64,000 nucleotides of DNA from an uncultured Veillonellaceae bacterium (GCA_963805085.1 CAWDTA010000002.1:2016001-2080000); one strand, 5' to 3'; positions 22,897 through 33,583 are shown, counted from the stretch's first letter. Numbers and translations are program-made. Notes: generated from the sequence alone by a model not told the origin.

Positions 22897-23670
22897 GTGA
22901 AAATTACTGAGTTTAAAATTAGTAAAGTAAGTATTCCCCTCAAAAAAACGTTTAAAACGGCTTTACGGCAGGTGAATTCGGCGGAGGATATTATCATCAA
23001 GGTAATTACTGATACAGATGAAGTTGGCTATGGCAATGCACCTCCGACAGCAGTTATCACCGGTGACAGTCAGGACTCGGTAATAGCTGCCATTCGTGAA
23101 GCTGTGGGATATGATATTAAAATTCGTCTTGATGCCAACCAAGGCTGGAGTCCGAAAGAGGCGGTCCGAACTATTCGCAAATTTGAAAATATGGGACTTG
23201 ATATTGAATTAATTGAACAACCAGTAAAAGCCCATGACTTTGAAGGACTAAAATATGTAACTGATAACGTGGAAACCAATATTATGGCAGACGAATCGGC
23301 CTTTGGACCTTATGAAGTATTCCAACTTCTATCCATGAGAGCTTGCGATCTGATAAACATTAAATTAATGAAAGCCGGTGGACTCCATAATGCTATTAAA
23401 ATTGCGAGTATGGCTGAGACCATGGGAGTGCAGTGTATGATGGGATGCATGCTTGAGAGTAAGATAGGAATTACAGCAGCAGCCAGTATCACTGCCGGGA
23501 AAAAAATAATCACTAAAACAGATTTGGATGCGGCCGTATTGTTAGCCTCAGATCCAATAGTGGGGGGCGTAAGTTTTTGTAGAAATCAGATTCTTATGCC
23601 CGAAACTCCTGGTTTAGGAATTACAGATATAGAAGGATGGCAAGAAATAGATATAAAAAATTATAAATAG
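22897..23670 (+). pseudogene. L-Ala-D/L-Glu dipeptide epimerase with in-frame internal deletion
   Basis: The N-terminal FKTALR..PT.VITG segment is joined directly to AIREAVG..RLDANQGW. It is 257 aa against about 350-370 typical, and the KxK motif is absent. Confidence 0.7.
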
Positions 23671-23688
23671 AAAGGGTGAAATAATTGT

Positions 23689-24996
23689 ATGGAAACTGCT
23701 GGATTTAATATTTGGTGGGGATTATTGGGGCTATTGCCACTTGGGGTTTATGTAATTCTTGTTTTTCGTGATATGGACCCCCTCCCGGTTACAGTTTTAT
23801 GCGTCATTATAGGTGCTATTCTTACAAGTCAAAGCTTAGTGTCATTTGCTACTGTTATGGCTAATGCTATGGGATCATTTTTGGCATTAGTCGGTTTGAT
23901 TATTATGTTAGGGCGCGGTCTAGGAGAAGTACTGACAGAGACAAAAGTTAGTCATGCGCTGGTACATAAAATTATCTATAGTGTCGGTGTTGATACTGAA
24001 AATAAAGCGATGCTTGGTATGATGATAGCCTGTCTTGTTGTTGTAGGGCTGCTCGGCACCATGGCTGGAGGAAATGCTATCTTGGCGCCGATTATATTAC
24101 CAATTGCCGCAACTGCTGGCTTGACGCGTAGCACTGTTGGGGTGCTATTTCAAGCCTGTGGCGAAGAAGCACTTATTTTGGGACCGTTTACGCCACCGGT
24201 GATTGCTTTACTTGGCTTAACACACACCAATTATGGTGAAATGCTACTAAAAGTTGCTTTGCCAATTGCAGCTGTAACGTTAGTTACTACTTGGATTGTG
24301 GTACATCGTATTCAGAAAAAAACGAAAGGCAAAAATGATTATGATATCCCAGAAAATGTTGATAAATTCATACCCACTCATAGGCAAAATTGGACAAGTG
24401 TATTTTTTATAGTTACGTTTATCGCTGCTGTAGTATATGGTATTGTGATGAAAGCTGGTACGGCCTATGTTATTGTCGTTATGCTTAGTTTATCGCTAAT
24501 TACCGGCGTAGCTGGTGGATTAAATATTGATAAAATTTTTAAATTAATTATTAAAGGAATGGCCGGAAATGTAGGATTATTCATTTTATTTCTTTTTCTT
24601 GAGCCATTTATGAATTTTATTGAGCAGGCTGGAGGATTTAAAGCACTAGGACTGATTTTACAACCATTGGTTAATATGGGTGGTAAGCCTTTTGTAGCAA
24701 TTATTGGCGGATTGACTGGTGCATTTGGATTAACAGGTGCTACCGTCGCAGTAATGAAGATGCTAAATGATATGTTTGGCACATTGGTAACGCAATATGG
24801 TGTATCAATGGCTGCATGGTCTGTTGGCTTAGTAGTAGCTACTCGTGTTGCGAATTTTGTATACCCGGGTTCTAATATGTTTAGTTCGATGGGATTTGCC
24901 GAATCAAAAGATATTAAGTCCATGATTAAAAATGGTGTTATTGTTGCAGCAATGCAAATTGTATTTCTTATTATCTATGCCAATTTATTTTCTTAA
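23689..24996 (+). CDS. Ion-transporter-superfamily (NhaC/GntP-like) permease
   Basis: About 11-12 hydrophobic segments. Follows the epimerase in the same direction. Confidence 0.65.
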   Translation: METAGFNIWWGLLGLLPLGVYVILVFRDMDPLPVTVLCVIIGAILTSQSLVSFATVMANAMGSFLALVGLIIMLGRGLGEVLTETKVSHALVHKIIYSVGVDTENKAMLGMMIACLVVVGLLGTMAGGNAILAPIILPIAATAGLTRSTVGVLFQACGEEALILGPFTPPVIALLGLTHTNYGEMLLKVALPIAAVTLVTTWIVVHRIQKKTKGKNDYDIPENVDKFIPTHRQNWTSVFFIVTFIAAVVYGIVMKAGTAYVIVVMLSLSLITGVAGGLNIDKIFKLIIKGMAGNVGLFILFLFLEPFMNFIEQAGGFKALGLILQPLVNMGGKPFVAIIGGLTGAFGLTGATVAVMKMLNDMFGTLVTQYGVSMAAWSVGLVVATRVANFVYPGSNMFSSMGFAESKDIKSMIKNGVIVAAMQIVFLIIYANLFS

Positions 24997-25266
24997 AACA
25001 AGAAATCAATTTAGATACAGAATTGGCAAGTTGAAATAGGAGTAGTAGTTTGTAATATAAATGAAGGCTTCTTGCCGAGAGTACAAATGAATGGTGTTAT
25101 CTGAAGTCGACAGAGGTTTATCGAAAAATAAAAGTTCAATAGGAGAAAATAAGAACTTTTAATTAATTGAATTGAGTAAATTATAGCATGGGTATAACCA
25201 AGTCGATTAACGAATCACTGAGTTCAATCGTTGAACTTAAATATATTATATGAAGGGGAATTTATA

Positions 25267-26160
25267 ATGATAAAAGTGGTAGTAGAAAAAATGGTAGCCT
25301 CATTAATGTTTATGTGTATTATGATTGTTTGTCTGTTTACGCTAGTTTTACCCAAGGTAGCAAGTGCTGCAGGAACAATTTCTGAAAAATGGTTGAGCCA
25401 GCAGGTTACAACTATGCCGATTGAAAAAGGTGTAAAGTATGCCATTTATGTAAAGCCTTTAGGAGATGATGGAAAGGCCGTAATCCTCAATTCCCACAAG
25501 ATGGCTTCAGCAAGCTTGATTAAAATCCCTATCATGATTGAAGCATTTAACCAAAAAAATCAGGGAAAACTGGATTTTAACGAACCAGTAGTTATTAAAC
25601 ACTCACAAGCGGTAGAAGGAGGTTCTGTCTATAATCTTCCTGATGGAACCATCCTTACGATCGGACAAATTCTTGATTTAATGATTGTCCAAAGTGATAA
25701 TACCGCTGCTAACATCTTAATTGACAAACTAAAAATGGAAAGTGTCAATGCTATGATTAAAAGCTTAGGGTGCAAAGAGACGGTCTTGCAAAGAAAAATG
25801 ATGGATTTTGAAGCTGTCAAACAAGGTAGTCAGAATTATACTTCGGTAAATGATATAGCAAATATATTGGATAAACTATATTCATCACAATGCCTTGATC
25901 CTGAAAGTGATAAGGCTATGCTTGATATTATGCTAAGACAAGAAGACAATACGGTAATTCCAGCTCAACTGCCACATGATTTGAAGATAGCGCACAAAAC
26001 AGGAGAGTTAGACGGTATGTATTATGATTGCGGTATTGTCTACGGTCATAGTCATGACTATATTCTCTGTATTATGGCTGAAAATGTAAAAGATGAACCG
26101 CATGCTTTATATGATATGTCATCTTTGTCGATTGCAATTTATGACCAGATTGGTCGGTAA
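25267..26160 (+). CDS. Secreted serine hydrolase, class A beta-lactamase-like fold
   Basis: SASLIK (SxxK), SDN and HKTG motifs, with a signal peptide. Confidence 0.82.
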   Translation: MIKVVVEKMVASLMFMCIMIVCLFTLVLPKVASAAGTISEKWLSQQVTTMPIEKGVKYAIYVKPLGDDGKAVILNSHKMASASLIKIPIMIEAFNQKNQGKLDFNEPVVIKHSQAVEGGSVYNLPDGTILTIGQILDLMIVQSDNTAANILIDKLKMESVNAMIKSLGCKETVLQRKMMDFEAVKQGSQNYTSVNDIANILDKLYSSQCLDPESDKAMLDIMLRQEDNTVIPAQLPHDLKIAHKTGELDGMYYDCGIVYGHSHDYILCIMAENVKDEPHALYDMSSLSIAIYDQIGR

Positions 26161-26173
26161 GATATAAAATAAA

Positions 26174-26377
26174 GTGCGACAACTAATCAACGGCAGTATC
26201 ATGATGTCAGAAAAGAAATGGCAAAATCTAATGAAAAAAGTGGATAATGCGGTTGATACCATAAAAGACAATAAAAGTGAGCAGGAACGAGAAGAGAAAA
26301 AACAGTTGGAAGAGAAAAATTTGATACAAAAAGATACGATTGCTGTCAGTTTCCAAAAGCATAAAACTAACATTTAA
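26174..26377 (+). CDS. Small hypothetical protein or gene fragment
   Basis: Charged 67-aa ORF with no recognisable motif. Confidence 0.3.
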   Translation: MRQLINGSIMMSEKKWQNLMKKVDNAVDTIKDNKSEQEREEKKQLEEKNLIQKDTIAVSFQKHKTNI

Positions 26378-26569
26378 TTTTTTTGATCCAAAATTAATTC
26401 AAACATCCGGCTATACTGCTTTTCTTCCTGCAATCGGGAAAAGAGATTAAGAACAGAAAACAAAATGCCTATGCATGAATAAGCATTTTGTTTTCAGATT
26501 AATGCAACCCCTAGCTATAAGGAAAGCGGGGAGCGTTGGCACAATGCCACCGCTCCCCGTAATTTTTTA

Positions 26570-27445
26570 TTAATATGCCAGTACCTCATAGCCCGTTTCG
26601 GTTACGAGCACTGTTTTTTCCCATTGTGCAGAAGGCTTTCCATCAGCAGTGCGAACAGTCCAATTATCGTATTTATTTGTTACTATTCTGGACTTTCCCA
26701 TATTTATCATAGGCTCTACAGTAAAAACAAGTCCTGGAACTAAGAGCATTTCCGTCCCTTTTTTGGACACATAACTGACCCAAGGATCTTCGTGAAATTG
26801 CAAACCAATACCGTGCCCACCGATTTCTCGAACAACAGAATATCCATTTTTCCTTGCATGGTCATGAACCACTTGCCCAATATCTCCGAGAAATCCCCAC
26901 GGTTTTACTTGTTCAATGCCCAGCTCCATACACTCTTTCGCAACATCAACCAGTTTTTGTTTCTCGGCGGAAACAGCACCAACGCAAAACATGCGTGAAG
27001 AATCTGAAAAAAAGCCGTTGTAAATTGTAGACACATCAATATTTGTAATATCGCCGTTTCGCAGGAATACACGAGCAGAGGGGATACCATGACAGGCAAC
27101 ATCATTGATTGAGATACACACACTTTTAGGGTATCCGTTGTAATTAAGCGTTGCCGGAGTGCCTCCGAGTTCTTTTGTTTTTTCAAAGATGAGTCGGTCA
27201 AGTTCTTCCGTGGTTACTCCCTCAACGACGTAATCCTCGATGAAATCCAGTAAGGCAATATTTCGTTTACTGCTTTCCCGAATACCTTCAATCTGTTGTT
27301 TCGTTTTAAGCAATTTTCGATGAGGTACTTCATATCCCTTTAAACGATAGTTTTTAATTCGTTCCTCAATAGGGAGATGACATTTCTTATATTTTTGACC
27401 GCTGCCACACCAGCAGAGATCATTTCTTCCAAACTTGTCAGACAT
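26570..27445 (-). CDS. map: Type I methionine aminopeptidase with N-terminal SEC-C motif
   Basis: GRNDLCWCGSGQKYKKCH, CISINDVACHGIP, GHGIG..FHEDP, FTVEPMIN, SAQWEKT. Confidence 0.92.
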   Translation of the reverse strand: MSDKFGRNDLCWCGSGQKYKKCHLPIEERIKNYRLKGYEVPHRKLLKTKQQIEGIRESSKRNIALLDFIEDYVVEGVTTEELDRLIFEKTKELGGTPATLNYNGYPKSVCISINDVACHGIPSARVFLRNGDITNIDVSTIYNGFFSDSSRMFCVGAVSAEKQKLVDVAKECMELGIEQVKPWGFLGDIGQVVHDHARKNGYSVVREIGGHGIGLQFHEDPWVSYVSKKGTEMLLVPGLVFTVEPMINMGKSRIVTNKYDNWTVRTADGKPSAQWEKTVLVTETGYEVLAY

Positions 27446-27487
27446 TTTATCTCCTCGCATTTATAAATTCGGAGAGAGCAATATGCC

Positions 27488-27835
27488 CTATGGACTAAGT
27501 GCGCCAAGAGAAATACCGCAAACTTTCCGATATTGCCGTGGTGAACATTGAAACGCCTGTGAAAAGGCTCTTGTAAACGCTTCAGATGACGAGTACCCAT
27601 ATCGAAAAGCAATATCGGTTATTCTGTCATTGGTTATGCAAAGATCATAAGCGGCGGCTTTTAATTTACATTGGGCAAGAAATTGTTTATATGTTATCCC
27701 CATGTGCTCACGAAACTTTGTAGAGCAGTAATACGGTGAATAACCAACATATGATGACATATCTTGCAGGCTTGGGTTTTCCGTTATATTATTTTCTACC
27801 CACTTTGCCATTGCTTCTATTGTTTGTACAGACAT
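27488..27835 (-). CDS. Single-domain AraC/MarA-type regulator
   Basis: GYSPYY..KF, ITDIAFRYGYSSSEAFTRAF...SPRQYR. Confidence 0.85.
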   Translation of the reverse strand: MSVQTIEAMAKWVENNITENPSLQDMSSYVGYSPYYCSTKFREHMGITYKQFLAQCKLKAAAYDLCITNDRITDIAFRYGYSSSEAFTRAFSQAFQCSPRQYRKVCGISLGALSP

Positions 27836-28080
27836 TTGCTTCACTCCTTTTTCCAGTATATCAGTCGCCAAAGTAAATTACTTGATCTGAGTTGCACATA
27901 TGAGATAAGGTGCCTGCCGATAGTCTCCGTAATTTGACTGCAGCAGGAGTTTACGGAGGTCTTTAATTATAAATAATCGGAATTGACTATCTGTAAAATT
28001 TATTCAATTGTATTATATGTATTATACAAAAATTTGATTAATAACTCTACTCTGGCAAACCGTTTTATATACCAAAATGA

Positions 28081-28106
28081 AACATAAGGGACGTTCCTTT
28101 TTTGAC
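28081..28106 (+). repeat. REP-like site, family 1 (left of RAYT)
   Basis: AACATAAGGGACGTTCCTTTTTTGAC. Confidence 0.7.
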
Positions 28107-28142
28107 AACAAAGTGATATAGTTGTTGTAAGAGGTGATAAAA

Positions 28143-28884
28143 ATGTCACGAGAAGCAAGAAAATTAAGTGAAAGTGGATTTTATCATATAGTATTTCGAG
28201 GAATCAATCATCAAAATATCTTCGAAGACGAACAAGATTTTGAATATATGCTAGAGATATTCAAAAAAATTAAAACAAGAAATGCAGTTTGAAATACATG
28301 CATATTGCTTAATGACAAATCACGTACATATTTTATTAAAAGAAAGTCAAACAGGAGACATATCAACAATATTAAAAAGGTTACTAACAAAATACGTAAT
28401 GAAATTTAATAAAAAATATCAAAGAAGCGGAGCTTTGATAGGAAGTAGATATAAAAGTAAAGTGGTAGAAGTAGATGAATACTTTATTCCATTGATAGTA
28501 TATATACATCAAAATCCATTAAGAGCAGGAATCGTAGAAAAATTAGAAAACTATAAATATAGTAGCTACTGTGAATATCTAGGTGAAAGAAAATTTGTCG
28601 ATGTACAACTATCCTTAGAAATGTTAGGAAAAAAAGAATGGATTAAAGTACATCAGCAATTGGTAGAAAATAAATTTCAAGTCGAAGGTCGGAAAAAACT
28701 AAGTGAAGAAGAAATTCGGCAGAAAATCCTAAAAGATACGGATAATATAGAACCGCAAAGAATAGGAGCACTAGAAAAAACAGAACGAGATAGAATACTA
28801 CAAAAGTTAAAAAATTCTGGATTATCAATAAGAGAAATAGAAAGATCGACAGGGATATCGAGAGGGATTGTAACTAAAAGTTGA
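28143..28884 (+). pseudogene. REP-associated tyrosine (HUH/Y1) transposase, RAYT/TnpA-REP type, +1 frameshift
   Basis: ATG 28143 reads MSREARKLSESGFYHIVFRGINHQNIF. An A7 run at 28263-28269 shifts the frame into AYCLMTNHVHIL (HUH), RYKS, YIHQNPLRAG, YKYSSY and a C-terminal HTH-like tail. Confidence 0.85.
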
Positions 28885-28928
28885 CGAAAAAGGAACGTCC
28901 CCTAGTGTCTCTAGTGTCTCTAGTGTCT
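28883..28928 (-). repeat. REP-like site, family 1 (inverted, at RAYT stop) plus CTAGTGTCT x3
   Basis: GACGAAAAAGGAACGTCCCCTAGTGTC followed by a tandem 9-mer (28902-28928). Confidence 0.75.
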
Positions 28929-29214
28929 ACAGGGGCTAGAGGACGTAACTTATATTAATGGAAAACTTAAGGCAAGGATGATCTACTCTGCCGAAATCAT
29001 TAAACCTGGCACGTTAGGAAGGAATATTGCTCCATATATGTCGGAGGTTGAGTTGATCAAGGGAGAAAATATTTGGCTAATAAGTTCATGGAAGCAAATC
29101 AAGGGTGCGGCAGATGATTTAGAGTATTTTCGAGATGTTCTAGGCAAAATTGATAATGCTAAAAAACGTTATGGCGTAGAGGACTTAGCGAATTGGGATG
29201 GCTTAAAAGACTGA
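28929..29214 (+). pseudogene. Probable 5'-truncated hypothetical gene between two REP-like sites
   Basis: The frame is open upstream of ATG 28978 back toward the tandem repeat (GLEDVTYINGKLKAR). The stop TGA lies inside the next site. Confidence 0.45.
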
Positions 29215-29232
29215 GTGCCGGTTCTTTTTTTC
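29209..29232 (+). repeat. REP-like site, family 1
   Basis: GACTGAGTGCCGGTTCTTTTTTTC, followed by AAGGATACAAAA as at 56298 and 60425. Confidence 0.65.
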
Positions 29233-29364
29233 TGAAACAAGGATACAAAAGAAAAACATTTCCTTATTAACCTAGGTATAACTATTTTAGAAAAGAGTTG
29301 TATCTAGTTAATAAGGGGATGGATACACAAAAGGCAATGTATAGACATGAAAGGTGGTTTAGCA

Positions 29365-30312
29365 ATGAAGATTCTCATAGTCGGTTATTTTACCGAGACC
29401 TCAAAATCAAATATTGCAAGGCATTTTCCGAAAGACTGGGACATTGTAATTGTCCCGCCTGGAAAAGAAATGCTGCATCATATTGAAGATTGTCAGGTAA
29501 TCATACCTGAACATATTAAAGTGGATTACAGTCTGCTCTCTACAGCAAAAAAATTAAAATTGGTACAGACGGGTGCAGGATTTGATAATGTAGATATCGA
29601 TGCCTGTACGCAGCTTGGCATTTGGGCGGCCAATGCTGCAGGAGTGAATGCACAGGCAGTGGCCGAGCACGTAATGGCACTGATATTGTCTTATTATAAA
29701 AACATACCGTTTCTTGATGCTTTCATGAAAAACAAGATGGATGAAAATCAATTGAACTATACAGGGAGTGAATTAAAGGGCAAAACGATTGGAATTATCG
29801 GCTTGGGGGCCGTCGGTAAAAAAGTAACTGAGTTTTGCAAGGTTTTTGATATGAATGTGTTGGCTTATGCTAGAAATACCGCTCAACAATCTGACAGTTT
29901 TGTGAAAATGACGGATTTCGATACTCTTGTAAGCACGTCGGATATAGTAAGTGTACATATACCCCTGAATCAGCAAACCAAACAGCTGATTAACAAAACA
30001 GTATTCAAGAAAATGAAGAATACAGCACTTTTTATCAATACAGCCCGCGGTGGGATTGTCAATGAAAGAGAATTAATAGATGCATTAAAAAGCAGGGACA
30101 TTTCAGGTGCATGCCTAGATGTGTTTGAAACTGAGCCGCTTCCAATTGACAGTGAACTCCGAAACCTAAGTAATGTAATACTTACTCCCCATACGGCAGG
30201 AATGCCTGACGGTCTCAAACTTCATAAAAAAAGATATGATTTTTTTGTGAATAATATAAAACGTGTAGAAAATGGTGAAGAGCCGGAAAGCAAGCTCAAC
30301 CAGTTATTATAG
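29365..30312 (+). CDS. D-isomer-specific 2-hydroxyacid dehydrogenase
   Basis: GAGFDNVD, GIIGLGAVG, INTARG, LDVFETEP, TPHTAG. Confidence 0.9.
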   Translation: MKILIVGYFTETSKSNIARHFPKDWDIVIVPPGKEMLHHIEDCQVIIPEHIKVDYSLLSTAKKLKLVQTGAGFDNVDIDACTQLGIWAANAAGVNAQAVAEHVMALILSYYKNIPFLDAFMKNKMDENQLNYTGSELKGKTIGIIGLGAVGKKVTEFCKVFDMNVLAYARNTAQQSDSFVKMTDFDTLVSTSDIVSVHIPLNQQTKQLINKTVFKKMKNTALFINTARGGIVNERELIDALKSRDISGACLDVFETEPLPIDSELRNLSNVILTPHTAGMPDGLKLHKKRYDFFVNNIKRVENGEEPESKLNQLL

Positions 30313-30329
30313 TTTTGGTACAATAAAAA

Positions 30330-30782
30330 TAAATTACTTCACCAGGGATGCTTTATGGAGATTTGGATATTGAATCTATTAAACAAGGTAAATCCAAAAT
30401 CAGGAACAAAGGTATTGCTGAAATATTCAATCGAATGAAGATTATTGAGGAATGGGGAACAGGAATCAACAGGATTATATCTGGCTGTAGAGAATATGGT
30501 TTGCTAGAACCGGAATTTAGTGAACTTGGCGATAGTTTTAGAGTGAATATTTTTAGAAAAACCACCCTTAAAACCACTGCAGATCAAAATGCAAAAAAGC
30601 TAACGGATATGCAGAAAAAGTTGGTTTCATTGATACAGTCCGATGCTAAAATTTCAAAAGAAAAAATGATGAAAAAGTTGGGGTTGACGGAGTACAAAAT
30701 AAAGAGTGAAATAAAGGCTTTGAGGAATGCTGAAATCATTGATCGAGAAGGCGGTAGTAAAGGAAGATGGATTATAAAATGA
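30330..30782 (+). pseudogene. C-terminal fragment of an HATPase_c_4 / RecG-C + HTH transcriptional regulator
   Basis: ITSPGML..RNKGIAEIF...IEEWGTGI...REGGSKGRW. The usual N-terminal domain is missing. Confidence 0.6.
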
Positions 30783-30820
30783 GGCAGGATTCCATTGTCA
30801 TTACTAAGGAGGGAAAAATA

Positions 30821-31480
30821 ATGCGATGTATATTAGCTATTACAACTTTTTTGATTGTTGTGTGCTCCACTAATGTGATGGCAAGTGGTCTTGTTGAGAT
30901 ATGTGCGAAACCTACCTGTCATCCGCTGGGCAAGATTGAAGTCGGTATGGTTTATGACCAAATCCAATTCAAAGAGCCTGATGGCGAAATCATGCAGTTT
31001 CAGGAGAATAACGAAAACAAAGTCTTTACGGTTTGGCATAATGGAGAAGTTATAAAGCAGTATTATGGTTTACATGTACCAGTAGTCAAGCAAATAAAAA
31101 ATAACGATACAGGTCGGAACTTTTATATTTTGTATTGTACGCTCTCTGTATCGACAAAGAAAAATGCACATATAATTATTGGTTATGACCAGGTACAGAA
31201 AAAATGTGTTGAATATATGAATACGTTGGATTATTTTAAACCAAGCCAAGGATATGATGAGGTCAAGTGTTATATTGGTTCACCTGATCGGTTCATCCTA
31301 TATGCCCATCGATTATATGATGGGCATATCGAGGGATATCAGTTGACATGGGATGAGAAAGTAAATGATTTTAGAAAAGAACCTTTTGAAATTGATGAGC
31401 ATAAAACGATACAGGCGGCTTTAGATAATACCAAATTGACGACAGAACCTTTAAATAAACTAGGAATTTTTCGGAAGTAA
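30821..31480 (+). CDS. Hypothetical exported protein
   Basis: SD AAGGAGG and signal-peptide-like MRCILAITTFLIVVCSTNVMA. The stop abuts a REP-like site. Confidence 0.6.
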   Translation: MRCILAITTFLIVVCSTNVMASGLVEICAKPTCHPLGKIEVGMVYDQIQFKEPDGEIMQFQENNENKVFTVWHNGEVIKQYYGLHVPVVKQIKNNDTGRNFYILYCTLSVSTKKNAHIIIGYDQVQKKCVEYMNTLDYFKPSQGYDEVKCYIGSPDRFILYAHRLYDGHIEGYQLTWDEKVNDFRKEPFEIDEHKTIQAALDNTKLTTEPLNKLGIFRK

Positions 31481-31535
31481 GAACAGGGAAGGTTCTATTG
31501 ATTCACATTCTTGTTGAAGACAAAAGGGACGTTCC
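31481..31535 (+). repeat. Two REP-like sites, family 1
   Basis: GAACAGGGAAGGTTCTATTGATTC (31481-31504) and GACAAAAGGGACGTTCC (31519-31535, right arm missing). Confidence 0.6.
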
Positions 31536-31596
31536 GTGCGCCAAGCTAAGGGTACATCATATAGCGGGTGGGAACCCCGCTGAACAAGGTCCAGTA
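31536..31596 (+). mobile_element. Possible group II (IIC-like) intron 5'-end remnant
   Basis: Starts GTGCGCC exactly where the REP-like site is cut, followed by the hairpin AGCGGG-TGGGAAC-CCCGCT. Confidence 0.4.
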
Positions 31597-31635
31597 TTCT
31601 AAAGAAATATTTAAAAGTTGACGGAAAAGGGACGT

Positions 31636-33242
31636 CAGACTGTGCGAAAACGCTCAGGCTTCAGTCTAGATATTAGTCCAAAATGCTAAAATTATATAAA
31701 AATAACGGTAATACTCTAGTAATAATTCTTAACCCTATTTGATTGCTGCTATTATTTCCCTAGTTCCTATAATATTGAGCACACGTTTTAGGTTATACAT
31801 TAAACAATGCATAACCGCTTCACCTTTCACTTTTTCAATTCCACGCAGCAGAAAATGCGTATATCCTAGAGTACGTTTTATTGTACCAAAGGGATGTTCA
31901 ACTATCATTTGTCGTTGCCTGTAAAGTTTTAAATTATTTGCTAGTCGTTCATCCGTACGTGCCATTACTTTCTGATGTTCTCCCTGTACTATTTGTCGAC
32001 CACGTTTATTTTTTGTACACTCATCTTTATGTGAGCAAGTCTTGCAGGCTTTACTTCGATAGAGTTTTTCTCTTGCATCATTTTTGCTTACATTGCATAG
32101 AATTTGACCTTGAGGACAAACGTAATGATCATTCTCTGAATCGTACTTAAAGTTATCCAAAATATAATTTGAATTTCCTGTAGTCGAAGGTGGCTTTTGT
32201 TTAGATACAATTGTAATTATGTTTTCTTTTTCACATTTTTCGAGGCATTGTCCGGTATAGTAACCTTTATCAGCTAATACAGTTATTTCTTCTACATTAA
32301 GTATTTGCTTTGCTTGTGTTGCCATTGCATAAAGTTGCCCTTGATCAGCCGGATTATTGATAACATCTGCAGCAATGATTATGTGATTTTTCGCATCAAC
32401 AGCAGTTTGCATATTATATGCCACATCAAATCCCATATTATTAGCACCCATAAGTCTAGCATCTTTATCTGTCAAAGACATTTCTCCGTTTTGCCTAACC
32501 TGTTGTTTGATTTCGACCAAATCATGAATACGCTGTGTCGCATTAGCTAATTTTTCTCGTATTTCTTCCTTGTTATAAGTAATGGTACTACTGCTATCGT
32601 TTTAATCGTTATTTTCTAATAGCTCCAAATAGCGTTGAGCAGCTTGTTCAAAATATGCTAACATTTTTTCAATTTTACCTTTGGTCAAATTTTTCTTACG
32701 AGCGTTATTAGCTCGAAATTTACTGCCGTCTATAGCGACGATTTCTTTACCCAATAGACCAAGATCATTACATAAGAAAGAAAAATGCTTAAAGATATTT
32801 TTTAGTAAAGATATATTATCCTTCCTAAAGTCAGCAATAGTACGATAATCCGGCTTTAGCTCTTGAATCAACCACATCAATTCTATATTTCTTTTACACT
32901 CATTTTCTAGTTTACGCGAAGTTCTTATGCCATTGAAATATCCATAAAGATACAACTTAAGCATATCAGCAGGATTATATGGTTTACGTCCTGTAGCTTT
33001 TGTGATTGCATATTTAAATCCAAATTCGTTTAAATTCAAAGTGTCGACAAAGGCATCTAATACACGTACTGGATTGTCTTCGCTTATCATTTCATCAGAT
33101 GACATAGGTATAAGATTGATTTGATTTCTGTTAGTGTTATTAGAAATATACCGTCCCATAATTCACCTCAAAGCATGAAATATTATAATCTTATTATAAC
33201 ATTTCAGCTATTAATATCGCTCTATCGTTTTCGCACAGTCTG
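31636..33242 (-). mobile_element. IS1182-family insertion sequence
   Basis: Perfect terminal IRs CAGACTGTGCGAAAACG / CGTTTTCGCACAGTCTG flanked by ACGT on both sides. Ends are ambiguous by a few bp because the target is palindromic. Confidence 0.88.
31735..33159 (-). pseudogene. IS1182-family transposase with in-frame nonsense codon at 32602-32604
   Basis: GRKPYNPADMLKLYLYGY, PDYRTIADFRK, AIDGSK, DKDARLM, LADKGY, RQMIVEHPFGTIK. The two ORFs share one frame. Confidence 0.88.
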
Positions 33243-33246
33243 ACGT

Positions 33247-33292
33247 CCCTGACTGTCCACTGACTGTCCAAAAAGGAACGTCCCTTAGTGTC
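33247..33292 (-). repeat. Right half of the IS-split REP-like site, CTGACTGTCCA x2, and a further family 1 site
   Basis: CCCTGACTGTCCACTGACTGTCCA then AAAAGGAACGTCCCTTAGTGTC (33271-33292). Confidence 0.72.
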
Positions 33293-33298
33293 TTCCTA

Positions 33299-33536
33299 GT
33301 GGATGATAAACTTGAAATGCTGTTTATTAATCCTGTATCGCGTGGCAATGGTATAGGCAAAGAGTCGCTTATTTATGTGATAGAGCAGCAAAAAGTGAAA
33401 CGAGTAGATGTTAATGAGCAGAATGTTCAGGCGGCTGAATTTTATAAGAACATGGGGTTTGGTGTCCGTAAATCGTTCTGAATTTGATGGTGCCGGGAAG
33501 CATTATCCTATCTTGCACATGGAGTTGAAATGCTAA
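33299..33536 (+). pseudogene. 5'-truncated, frameshifted GNAT acetyltransferase (YjaB-like)
   Basis: KLEMLFI.P..RGNGIGK, VDVNEQN.QA..FY..MGF, then RSEFDGAGKHYPILHMELKC in another frame. Confidence 0.72.
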
Positions 33537-33561
33537 CGAGCTAAATTTTAAATGGTAAATA

Positions 33562-33583
33562 GACAGAGAGAACCGTCAATTTG
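33562..33583 (-). repeat. REP-like site, family 1 (inverted)
   Basis: GACAGAGAGAACCGTCAATTTG; reverse complement ...TGACGGTTCTCTCTGTC. Confidence 0.65.

Noticed and set aside
25267-26160. Bona fide beta-lactam resistance gene
   Set aside because: It has the fold motifs, but no clear omega-loop ExxLN. More like the widespread Firmicute serine hydrolases.
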